Source: Actinoallomurus iriomotensis (lineage in GTDB: Bacteria > Actinomycetota > Actinomycetes > Streptosporangiales > Streptosporangiaceae). From it: a DNA stretch of 64,000 nt. The notes under the pieces were generated by a model. It was given only the letters and a program-made list of their open reading frames with translations. It was not told the DNA's origin and searched no databases. Positions 56,901 through 64,000 of the stretch are shown one piece after another; position 1 is the stretch's first letter, and each line of letters opens with the position of its first letter. The stretch is taken from contig NZ_BSTJ01000015.1 of NCBI RefSeq assembly GCF_030269445.1, positions 132,649 through 196,648 of the forward strand, written 5' to 3'. The translations under genes were made by a program, and so were the position numbers.

Positions 56901-58781
56901 GGCGAGCCGTTCCCGTACGGGATCGGCCTCGGCCGCGGTCGCGATCGCCTCGGCGTCGGCGGCGATCCGGCCGATCCGCTCGTGGTAGCCGGTGAAGGCG
57001 TCCGGCCCCTGGAGGAACGCCACGGCGCGACCGCCCGTCGCGGTGAGTTCGTCGCCGAGCCGCCCGGCCAGCGCGTCGATCCCCGCCGTGTCCGCGTACC
57101 GCATCTCGCGCAGCGTCTCGAGCCGCCCCTGCGAGCGGCGCAGCTCGGCGAGCCGGCTCACCCACGCGTCGGCGGTGGCCGGCGACTCGCCTCTCGTCTG
57201 CCGGATCAGGGTGGTGATCCGCTCCTCGGCCTCGGCGAGCGCGCCGGACGCCTGCGCGGTGAGCCGCTGGACGTTCTCGTACTCCTCCAGGACCTGCTCG
57301 GCGGCGGCGCGCACACCGTCGAGCGGCTCGCGCAGGCCCTGCTCGCCGAACCAGAAGTAGCGGTCCGCGGCCCGGTCACAGGCCGCGATCAACGCCTCGA
57401 GCACCGCCTCCGACGGCTCGCTCTCGGCCACCGTACGGGCGATCGAGAGGGCGTCGGAGATGCCGCGGACCAGGTCGGCGTTGCCGACGCGCTCCAGCGG
57501 CCCGGTGCCGACCGGCTGCGCCGCCGCGTACGTGTCCGACACGTAGGGGGTCTGCCACACCTGCATCTGGTGCACCCGGGTGGGCTCGGCCGAGTCGGCG
57601 CGGAACGAGACCAGCGTGCCGTCGTCGAACAGCGAGTAGCCGTGGCACGTGATCGGGGTGGCGACCTCCTTGCGGATCACGTTGTACGGCAGCAGGAGGT
57701 ACCGGCCGGCCTCGCGGGCGTGGAAGACGTAGAGCGCGTCCTCGCCGTTCGGGGACCGGATGACGCGCTCGTACTCCAGCCGGTCGGTCTCGGTGTCGAA
57801 GGTCTTGGCCGTCCCGGTGACCAGGTAGTAGCCGCCGGGGAAGATGATCCCCTGGTCCTCCGGGAGCCGGCGGCACGCCTGGCCGATGCCGTCGAGCCGT
57901 ACGACGGACCGGGTGCGGGTGTTGAAGACCAGGTGCCGCCGGTCCTCCTCCTTGTACGGCCGCACGCGCAGCAGGATCAGCGCGCCGACGCGGGCGTACT
58001 CCACCTCGGCGTCGGCGAGGCTCTGCAGCGGCTCGGCGACCGGCTCGCGGTAGACGCCCTCCCCGGTCTCGGTGTTGTTCTCCAGCTTGACGGTCAGGTC
58101 GCCCCCGACGGTCTCGACGAAGATCTCGTCCTCGATCGAGATGTGGGGGTGCCGGCCCAGGACGTGGTCGTCGCGGGTCGTCTCGGTCCAGGTGAAGTCG
58201 TGCGACGGCGGGAAGACGTGGTCCGGCTCGCCCAGGTTGTCCTGGTAGACGACGGTGCCGTCCGTCCCGGTCTTCCATCGGAGCACGCGGGTGTCGTGCT
58301 CGGCCTCCAGGCCGGTCTGGAAGACGGCCAGGAGCTTGCCCTCGACGTGGCGGAGCTGGAGCAGCCGGCTGTCGCGGTAGTAGCGGTACAGCTCCGTGAA
58401 GTCGCGTTCGAACTGCGGGTCGCGCAGCAGGTCCGACTCGGCGGCCTCGAACCGGAACTTCTCGCCGTCCCGGACGAACCGGTGCACCGCGAACACGTCG
58501 TCCACCGACGTCTCCGGGCGGAGCCCGATGAACACGTTGTACCCGAACAGCAGCAGCTCGCCGACGGCGGCGATGTCGCGGGGCACGCAGTTGTTCTCGG
58601 TGCGGATCCGCTCGGCGCCGACGAGCCGCAGCTCGGCGCCGCCGAAGGTCTCCACGCGCCGGGCGTTCAGCGTCTCGGCCCGGCCCGCCAGCGCTTCGGC
58701 CTGCTCGCCGAGCCGGGCGCGGAGCACCTCGTAGGTGCCCGCGTCCAGCTTCGGCTCAGGCTTCTCCTCTCCTACCGTCAC
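53895..58781 (-). CDS. Giant 1628-aa protein: N-terminal beta-rich region, approximately 700-aa coiled-coil/helical middle, C-terminal MoxR/dynein-like AAA+ domain
   Basis: Start set to the GTG (VTVGEEKPE) that overlaps the flotillin stop (GTGA); the 72-aa Arg-rich ORF extension was rejected. AAA domain: LISPPGYGKTTLMEYV, Walker B VLLYLDDIQH, MoxR-like AGNPFTESGRRFRVPDMLANRAD. Confidence 0.7.
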   Translation of the reverse strand: MTVGEEKPEPKLDAGTYEVLRARLGEQAEALAGRAETLNARRVETFGGAELRLVGAERIRTENNCVPRDIAAVGELLLFGYNVFIGLRPETSVDDVFAVHRFVRDGEKFRFEAAESDLLRDPQFERDFTELYRYYRDSRLLQLRHVEGKLLAVFQTGLEAEHDTRVLRWKTGTDGTVVYQDNLGEPDHVFPPSHDFTWTETTRDDHVLGRHPHISIEDEIFVETVGGDLTVKLENNTETGEGVYREPVAEPLQSLADAEVEYARVGALILLRVRPYKEEDRRHLVFNTRTRSVVRLDGIGQACRRLPEDQGIIFPGGYYLVTGTAKTFDTETDRLEYERVIRSPNGEDALYVFHAREAGRYLLLPYNVIRKEVATPITCHGYSLFDDGTLVSFRADSAEPTRVHQMQVWQTPYVSDTYAAAQPVGTGPLERVGNADLVRGISDALSIARTVAESEPSEAVLEALIAACDRAADRYFWFGEQGLREPLDGVRAAAEQVLEEYENVQRLTAQASGALAEAEERITTLIRQTRGESPATADAWVSRLAELRRSQGRLETLREMRYADTAGIDALAGRLGDELTATGGRAVAFLQGPDAFTGYHERIGRIAADAEAIATAAEADPVRERLAEQTHGLETLTEVVGSLDVADARVRTSILERIGEALAEINQAQASLTARRRELLDAEGRAAFAAEFALLGQAVTAALAMADSPAHCDDQLGRMMLQLENLESRFAEFDDFVARLSARREEVYEAFSTRKQALVDEQVRRADRLAESAERVLTGIQRRVAELDSLDEINTYFAADPMVAKVRGVADQLRDLGDAVRAEELAGRLKAARQDAGRVLRDRVDLYEGGGQAIRLGRHRFAVNTQPLDLTLVPYEGGLAYAVTATDYRQPVRDPDFAATRPYWDQSLVSETPEVYRAEYLAADLLTGPSLGALRRAAESADGLFAEVRRAAETRYDEGYERGVHDRDAALIVAALLRLHDDAGLLRYPPAARAAAQLFWAHGAAKEDRTSWAARARSLARARAAFGDAAAVAGLRAELTAAIAASALDAGPHDLAGEYLFEELAAAPEGFVTGAGARALLDGFRRALGGDPGFEADLRDLGDDLAARRQLVEAWLSAYVASDASPAGDLAEAVAIELCGPLPRYESSAPLTATVEGLLGTHPRVTGRRLELRLDEVLTRTRRFRAERVPAYRAYQKRRGELVAAERSRLRLEEYRPKVMSGFVRNALLDEVYLPLIGDNLAKQLGAAGDAKRTDQMGLLMLISPPGYGKTTLMEYVAGRLGLMFVKINGPALGQSVTSLDPAEAPNATARQEVEKISFALEMGNNVLLYLDDIQHTSPELLQRFISLCDAQRRIEGVWEGRTRTYDLRGKRFAVCMAGNPFTESGRRFRVPDMLANRADVWNLGDVLSGREELFALSYVENALTSNPVLAPLSTRDRADVELFVRLARGDSTAMPDRLVHPYSATEVEQITAVLRKLLRVQRVVLACNRAYIASAAQNDASRTEPPFQLQGSYRNMNKLAERIVPAMNDAELEAVVDDHYLGEAQTLASGAEANLLKLGELRGTLTAEQSERWAEVKAAFVRARALGGEEDDPMSRAVGALGLLADRIAGVETAIARTGRSDRPPTG

Positions 58782-60784
58782 TGGTCGATGACGGCGACGG
58801 AGGAGACGGCGGCGTCGGCGACACCGAGGCGTTCGGCGTGGTCGAGCAGTTCCTGCGCCTTGGCGCCGTCCGACCCGCCGCCCCGGATCCGCTGCATGAG
58901 CAGGGCGGACAGGGTGAGGTTCTTCACGTCGTCCGTGCTGACCGAGCCGAGCAGCCGGGTGAGGTCCTCGGGGAAGCTGCGGTCGCCGTTCAGCCACGGC
59001 CCGGCGAGGCCGCGCGCCACGCCGGAGTGCTCGACGAACCCGTCCATGCTCTTGCCGACGCCGATCGCGCCGACGACCTTGTCGAAGAACGTGCTCTCGC
59101 CGCCGACGATGTCGATGTCGGCCTTCTCCAACGCGGACGCCAGTACCGTCGCCTGCTCGCCGGCGACCTCCCGCTGGACGTCCAGGCCGGCCAGGCGGAT
59201 CTCCTTCTCCGCCTCCAGCCGCAGGCGGTACTCCTCGTGCCCCCGCGTCGCGTCGTCCATCGCGGCCATGCCGGCGGCCTTGTCGGTGAGGCCCTCCGCC
59301 TCGGCCTTGAGCTTCTCGCGGATGCCGTCGGCGGCGGCGAGGGCCTTCTGCCGGTCGACGGCGGCCTCGGCGTTGCCGACCTTCTCGATGGCCTCGGCGT
59401 CCCGCTCGCGCACCTGCACCTCGGCCAGGCCCTCCGCCGCGGCCTCGGCCTGGACGCCCTCGGCCAGCCGGATCTTGGCCTGCGCGTCGAGCTCGGCGGT
59501 CTTCTGCCGCGCCTCGGCGAGCAGCAGCTCCTGGCGGGCCTGGAACTTGGCCGCCTCCTCGGCGGCCTCGGCCGCCTTGATGCCCTTGACGAGGTTCTCC
59601 TGCGCCTCCGCCTCGGCCTGGATGACCAGGGCCTGGCGCGTGCGCTCGGCCTCCTCGACGACGCGGAGCTTCTTGATGTTCTCCTCCTGCTCGGCGACCG
59701 TCTTCTCCACCGCGATGCGCTCGCGGATGACGTCGGCGATCTCCCGCTTCTCCGCCTCGACCTCCTTGTCCTTGGCGATCCGGGACAGCTCGGTCTCGCG
59801 CTCGCGGGCGATCACCTCGAGCAGGCGGTCCTTCTCGATGCGCTCGCTCTCCACCGCGATGACGCGTTCGCGGTTCTTCTCCGCGACGGCGATCTCCCGG
59901 TTGCGGTTCTCCTGCTGGATGCCGAGCTGCTCGTCGGTACGGATGTGCGCGCTCTGGGAGGTCAGCCGCTCCTCGGCCTGCACCTTGGCGATCTCGGCCT
60001 CCTCGCGGGCCCGGACCGTCTCGATCTCGCGCTTCTTCTTGACCTCGGCCTCGGCCTGCCGGCGTTCGAGCTCGAGGATCGCCTCACGCGCGTCGACGTT
60101 CTGCCGCGTGATCTCCTTCTGCTCGTTGCGCTGGTACTCGTTGGTGCGCACGTGCTCGATCGCGGTCAGCTCGGTGATCTTGCGGATGCCCTGCGCGTCG
60201 AGGATGTTCGTCGGGTTGAGGCTGTCCAGCGGCGTCTGCTCGAGGTGGTCGATGGCCGCGTCCTCGAGGTGGTAGCCGTTCAGGTCGGTGCCGATGATCT
60301 GCACGATCTGGTCGCGGAACTCGTGCCGGTGGGTGTACAGGTCGACGAAGTCCATCTGCTTGCCGACGGTCTTCAGCGCCTCGGAGAACTTGGCGTTGAA
60401 CAGCGTCTGGAGCGTCTCCTCGTGGCTGGCGCGCGCCGTGCCGATGGCCTGGGCGACCTGGATGACGTCCTCGACGGTCTTGTTGACCCGGACGAAGAAC
60501 GTGATGCGGATGTCGGCGCGGATGTTGTCCCGGCAGATCAGGCCCTCGGCGCCCGAACGCTCGATCTCGATGGTCTTCACCGAGATGTCCATCACCTCGG
60601 CCTTGTGCAGGATCGGCAGCACGATCGCGCCGGTGAACGTGACGTGCACCTTCTTGATCTTCGAAACGATCAGCACGCGCCCCTGCTCCACCTTGCGGAA
60701 CAGCCGGAGCATCACGATGACACCGGCGAGCACGAGCAGAATCGCGGCGACCAGCACGCCGAGCCCGACGAACAGCGAATCCAT
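58778..60784 (-). CDS. Flotillin (SPFH/band-7 domain + long Ala/Glu-rich coiled coil), YqiK/FloT-like
   Basis: N-terminal TM helix, SPFH domain (RVLIVSKIKKVHVTFTGAIVLPI...), approximately 300-aa EA-rich coiled coil, 668 aa. Confidence 0.9.
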   Translation of the reverse strand: MDSLFVGLGVLVAAILLVLAGVIVMLRLFRKVEQGRVLIVSKIKKVHVTFTGAIVLPILHKAEVMDISVKTIEIERSGAEGLICRDNIRADIRITFFVRVNKTVEDVIQVAQAIGTARASHEETLQTLFNAKFSEALKTVGKQMDFVDLYTHRHEFRDQIVQIIGTDLNGYHLEDAAIDHLEQTPLDSLNPTNILDAQGIRKITELTAIEHVRTNEYQRNEQKEITRQNVDAREAILELERRQAEAEVKKKREIETVRAREEAEIAKVQAEERLTSQSAHIRTDEQLGIQQENRNREIAVAEKNRERVIAVESERIEKDRLLEVIARERETELSRIAKDKEVEAEKREIADVIRERIAVEKTVAEQEENIKKLRVVEEAERTRQALVIQAEAEAQENLVKGIKAAEAAEEAAKFQARQELLLAEARQKTAELDAQAKIRLAEGVQAEAAAEGLAEVQVRERDAEAIEKVGNAEAAVDRQKALAAADGIREKLKAEAEGLTDKAAGMAAMDDATRGHEEYRLRLEAEKEIRLAGLDVQREVAGEQATVLASALEKADIDIVGGESTFFDKVVGAIGVGKSMDGFVEHSGVARGLAGPWLNGDRSFPEDLTRLLGSVSTDDVKNLTLSALLMQRIRGGGSDGAKAQELLDHAERLGVADAAVSSVAVIDQ

Positions 60785-60817
60785 CAGTGGTCCTTCATCG
60801 CGGGAGTGAGAATTGAA

Positions 60818-61396
60818 TCAGCGAGGTGAACGGTGGGGGTCGAGCTCCGCGTCATACGGCATCACCCAGAAGAACTCGCCCTCGGCGTCGTAGTCGAAGA
60901 TCAGTGCGGTACTACCTGCTTTGAGGGCGGGTTCGTCGTCCCGGTTCCGCTGTTGCCGCACCTGAATGACGGCGGCCGAGCCGTCGGCGGCGCGCACGAC
61001 GGCCTGACCGAAACGGAGATCCACCCGGCCGGTGCTGATCACGCACATCCGGCCGACGAAGTCACGCCGGGTGGGCACCGCCTCTTCGGCGATCATGCGC
61101 CGCAGCGGTCGCATCAGCAGGCGGGTGAGCAGGGCGGACAGCAGCACGGAGCCGACCAGCACGCCGGTGGACGGCAACACGCCCGACACGTCGCCCCGGC
61201 GCAGCAGCACGGCTCCGGCCAGGCACGCGAACCAGGCGACCGCCACGAACAACGACACCAGAACGGCTACGGCGGCGCCGGCCAGCGCGTCCAGCGCCCC
61301 GCACGCGACCAGCGCCCAGTAGGCGAGCACCACGAGGAGGAAAAGGCCCGGAACGACCGCCGGAAAATCCAATGCCACCCGTAGGAATTCCGTCAT
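60818..61396 (-). CDS. NfeD-like membrane protein (short form, YuaF/YqiJ type) partnering the flotillin
   Basis: Trimmed to MTEFLRV, which has GGGGGAGG 10 nt upstream. Three TM helices, then a C-terminal OB-fold-like domain. Confidence 0.75.
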   Translation of the reverse strand: MTEFLRVALDFPAVVPGLFLLVVLAYWALVACGALDALAGAAVAVLVSLFVAVAWFACLAGAVLLRRGDVSGVLPSTGVLVGSVLLSALLTRLLMRPLRRMIAEEAVPTRRDFVGRMCVISTGRVDLRFGQAVVRAADGSAAVIQVRQQRNRDDEPALKAGSTALIFDYDAEGEFFWVMPYDAELDPHRSPR

Positions 61397-61546
61397 CTCT
61401 CGCGCCTCCCCCGGCATGCCTGTCGTTGTTGCCGACCAGGCTTCCCGGCGCTCCGAAGCGGAACTCTACGCCTTAAAAAGGCCGTGGAAATGTGATCTAT
61501 GCAACATGGGACGAGCGGAACCGGATCTTCGGAAAGACTCGGGTCG

Positions 61547-62035
61547 TCAGGCGTCCCAGGGGACCGAGGCGCTGGTCCAATGGGTGAGGCCGGCGAGGTC
61601 CGCCTCGGTGGTGACGTGGCGCGGCGGGGTGGCGAACGTCGCGTACGGGCGCAGGCGCAGCACGACCCGTTCCTCCCGCCGGGCCATCTCCTCGACCTCG
61701 GCGCGGGAGTCCTCGCTCAGCGGACGGCCCGCCATGACGCCCATGATCTTGAAGAACAGGTCGGCGCCGGCCTGCGGGTCGTCGTCCACGACCGCGTCGC
61801 AGTAGACGTTGAGGTAGGTCGGCGGCCACTTCTCGTCCAGGACGCACAGCGAGACCTTCGGGTCGCGGCGCACCGCCGCGGCCTTCGCCCGCGCCCGCAT
61901 GGTGGAGACGAGGATCTCGTCGCCCTCCACGACGTAGTACAGCGCCGACATCGCGGGTCCGTCGTTCTTGCGGGAGTAGCCGAAGATCGCCGTACGGTGG
62001 TCACGGACGAACCTGCGTCGCTCTTCCGGTGTCAT
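61547..62035 (-). CDS. PPOX-class (pyridoxamine-5'-phosphate-oxidase-like) probable F420-dependent enzyme
   Basis: Trimmed to MTPEERRRFVRDHRTAIFGYSRKNDGPAMSALYYVVEGDEILVS, a split-barrel fold signature. Confidence 0.7.
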   Translation of the reverse strand: MTPEERRRFVRDHRTAIFGYSRKNDGPAMSALYYVVEGDEILVSTMRARAKAAAVRRDPKVSLCVLDEKWPPTYLNVYCDAVVDDDPQAGADLFFKIMGVMAGRPLSEDSRAEVEEMARREERVVLRLRPYATFATPPRHVTTEADLAGLTHWTSASVPWDA

Positions 62036-62164
62036 GTCCTCCAGTCTGCGCCACCTGCTCCAGGCGTCCCAGGGCATCGCGTACTCCGCGGAATGCGTTG
62101 AGCGACGCGACGGCACGCCGTACGCTCATTGATCACCGGCTAATCCGGCAGTGGGGAAACCACC

Positions 62165-63226
62165 ATGGGACTGACGGTCTCCGATGTGATCACGTCCGCG
62201 CCGAGCACGTGGGGTGCCGCGAACGCGGCGAGTGCCGCCATCGTCTACCCGCTCGCCGCCTTCGTCGCGGTGCCGCTCGCCACGGTCGTGTCGGATCCCG
62301 CGCAGATGTGGCACGCGGGCCAGCGGTACGGCGAGGTCGCCGACCGCCTCCGGACGGCGAGTTCGGAGGTCTCGCAGGCCGTGGAACGGCACGCCTCCGC
62401 GGACCACTGGAAGGAGAAGGGCAAGGACGCCTTCATCGCCAACCGGGTCAAGCCCTACCAGGACACCCTCGGCGCGGCCGCGGACATGTACGACAACGTA
62501 CGGGACACGCTCTGGGGCTGCGCGGTCGGCTACACGGTGGCGGGCATGGCGTCGGCGGTCATCGGGTCCGCGCTCCTCAACTTCGTGGCGGCCAAGCTCG
62601 CCGCCGCGGTCGTGCCCGCGGTGGACGTCGCCGCGGAGTACGTGGCGAACAGGTTGATGGTCCAGGCCGCTCAGACGGTCCGGGTGCTGATCAAGGGCCT
62701 GGCCGCGATCAATGGCGTGGCCATTAAGATCATCGGCGACGTCTCCAGCGTGAAGCTGCTCCTCGCGACCGGGGCCGGCTCGCTGATGAGCGGCACCTAC
62801 ATCGGCGCCGCGGCGGCGCCGAGTTTCGAGAGCACCCAGACCACGCTCACCTGGCCCCGGCGGCTGGCGTCCGGCGAGGCCGTGCCCGCCGGCTACCACG
62901 CCCCCAGCGCGGCCGACGAGAACGCGATCAGGAACATCGAGCCCGCGTCGCTCACCGCGCTGAGCAAGGATCTGGACCGCAACGCCGCCAAGACGCTCGC
63001 CGGCGCGTACGACCACGCGCAGGGGAACGACGTGGGCTACCCCGGCTTCGGCCTGGTCGGTCTCCACCTGGCGCACGCGCACAGCGTCATGCGCGAGCAC
63101 GCCGCACAGCAGCTCGCGGCCTGCCGCGACGAACCGGGAACGTGGCTGCCGGGGCTGCGGTCGAACTCCGGCGTCTGGGTCTGCGCCGACCAGGCGAGCG
63201 CGGACGCCGCCAAGCACGTCAAGTGA
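62165..63226 (+). CDS. Hypothetical protein with a hydrophobic/helical N-terminal half, function unknown
   Basis: 353 aa, balanced composition, several amphipathic or TM-like segments. No motif recognised. Confidence 0.45.
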   Translation: MGLTVSDVITSAPSTWGAANAASAAIVYPLAAFVAVPLATVVSDPAQMWHAGQRYGEVADRLRTASSEVSQAVERHASADHWKEKGKDAFIANRVKPYQDTLGAAADMYDNVRDTLWGCAVGYTVAGMASAVIGSALLNFVAAKLAAAVVPAVDVAAEYVANRLMVQAAQTVRVLIKGLAAINGVAIKIIGDVSSVKLLLATGAGSLMSGTYIGAAAAPSFESTQTTLTWPRRLASGEAVPAGYHAPSAADENAIRNIEPASLTALSKDLDRNAAKTLAGAYDHAQGNDVGYPGFGLVGLHLAHAHSVMREHAAQQLAACRDEPGTWLPGLRSNSGVWVCADQASADAAKHVK

Positions 63227-63534
63227 CGCGGCCGGTGTGACGGGGGTCAGAACAGCGGGTAAGGACCCGGTCGGCGGACGCCCTTATGTATCGCGCCGGT
63301 TTTCCGCCTCTTCGTGCCGTCGACGGGGCGCGCACCGGGCCTGCTACCTGGTCATATTCTAGATTCGCGGCAGAACCATTAGTTGGCGTAACTGTTGATG
63401 CCGCGACGCTTTTTTGCGGGATATAGCGGACCGCAATTCTCGGCCTTGGATTGAATATTCGTTGGGCTTGCCATTCCGTCGCGCGCGGGTATGGAGCGAT
63501 TGGTCAGTACGGACCACATCGTCAGGGGGGATCC

Positions 63535-63864
63535 ATGAAAGCGACTCGCTCCACTGTGGCGGGCCTTCTCGTCGGGCCGGCCGTCGTCGTGGGGGCGCTG
63601 GCGGGCGCCGCGCAGGCGGCGACTCCCGCGGGCCACGCCTCCGCCGCACCGGCGGCCCACGCCGGGATGCCGGGCTGGGACCACGACCACGGCTGGGACC
63701 ACGAGCACGGCCAGGACCGCTGGGGCCACAACCGCGACCCGCGCTGGGACCCGCGCAACGGCAACCACTACGACCCCCGCTGGGGCTACTACCGGCACGA
63801 CCCGCGCTGGGGCTACTACCGCTACGACCCGAGAGTCGGCCGGTACCACTGGGACCACCGCTGA
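63535..63864 (+). CDS. Small secreted His/Trp/Asp/Arg-rich repeat protein (109 aa)
   Basis: AGGGGGG RBS 4 nt before the ATG. Signal peptide MKATRSTVAGLLVGPAVVVGALAGAAQA. Mature part built from DHxHGWDHEHG and repeated DPRWGYYR(H/Y) units. Confidence 0.5.
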   Translation: MKATRSTVAGLLVGPAVVVGALAGAAQAATPAGHASAAPAAHAGMPGWDHDHGWDHEHGQDRWGHNRDPRWDPRNGNHYDPRWGYYRHDPRWGYYRYDPRVGRYHWDHR

Positions 63865-64000
63865 GTGACGCGGTGACGCGGTGACGCGGTGACGCGGTGA
63901 CGCGGTGACGCGGTGACGCGGTGACGCGGTGACGCGGTGACGCGGTGACGCGGTGACGCGGTGACGCGGTGACGCGGTGACGCGGTGACGCGGTGACGCG
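63865..64000. repeat. Perfect tandem repeat (GTGACGCG)n, 17 or more copies, running off the right window edge
   Basis: Read directly. It begins immediately after the TGA of the His/Trp-rich gene. The unit length of 8 is not a multiple of 3. Confidence 0.95.

Noticed and set aside
58782-58997. 72-aa N-terminal extension of the giant ORF (53895..58997)
   Set aside because: It would overlap 220 bp of the flotillin gene and is Arg-rich. The GTG at 58781 gives a GTGA stop-start overlap instead.
54162-60829. 1659-aa (55296..60275), 663-aa and 276-aa plus-strand ORFs
   Set aside because: Antisense to the flotillin and giant AAA genes. Composition is L/G/R/D/V-rich, mirroring GAG/GCC-rich coding on the other strand.

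Overview
This is high-GC (about 70%) actinomycete, Streptomyces-like chromosomal DNA; I support about 45 protein-coding genes and no rRNA, tRNA or CRISPR. Because of the GC content, most long ORFs in the track are Arg/Gly/Pro-rich antisense or out-of-frame shadows, and I ignored them. Start codons were reset by recognisable protein sequence plus RBS and coupling signals; many genes use GTG/TTG starts and GTGA/ATGA stop-start overlaps. Element coordinates read off the sequence lines may be 1-2 bp off. The left two thirds (1-34.9 kb) look like ordinary arm-type content. They hold a secreted GH2 hydrolase, an rph-like PEP-utilising phosphotransferase, and a GT4 / GT2-TagF / flippase-like envelope-glycopolymer operon. 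That operon sits under a BlaI-family repressor with three near-identical operators. Further right are a P450 / FAD-oxidoreductase / methyltransferase set, an LAL (LuxR) regulator, a STAS plus membrane-protein pair, and a TetX-like FAD monooxygenase facing a GntR-TetR fusion regulator. Then come a Ser/Thr kinase fused to a family-5 solute-binding domain and a phosphate-scavenging group (PHP phosphoesterase, PhoA, Tat metallophosphoesterase, MerR). The left part ends with a beta-glucuronidase plus MFS transporter pair. A frameshifted IS1182-family transposase remnant lies at 35.0-36.5 kb. It is followed by a ROK regulator / GH97 pair that ends in a 19-bp perfect-stem hairpin. From about 42.2 kb the content looks accessory. 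It starts with a low-GC three-gene module: a signal-peptide membrane protein plus two P-loop NTPases. Next are an antiporter and a TIR / NB-ARC / TPR STAND NTPase coupled to a tandem-roadblock protein. Divergent from these is an FxsB-like radical-SAM/SPASM enzyme, with a candidate precursor peptide in between. Then comes an NfeD / flotillin operon extended by a 1628-aa coiled-coil protein with a C-terminal MoxR-like AAA domain. The window ends in a small secreted His/Trp/Asp-repeat protein followed by a perfect (GTGACGCG)n tandem array that runs off the end. The best candidates for undescribed systems are the three-gene NTPase module (42.5-46.5 kb), the rSAM / peptide / STAND / roadblock locus (47.6-53.9 kb) and the flotillin-linked giant AAA protein (53.9-61.4 kb).
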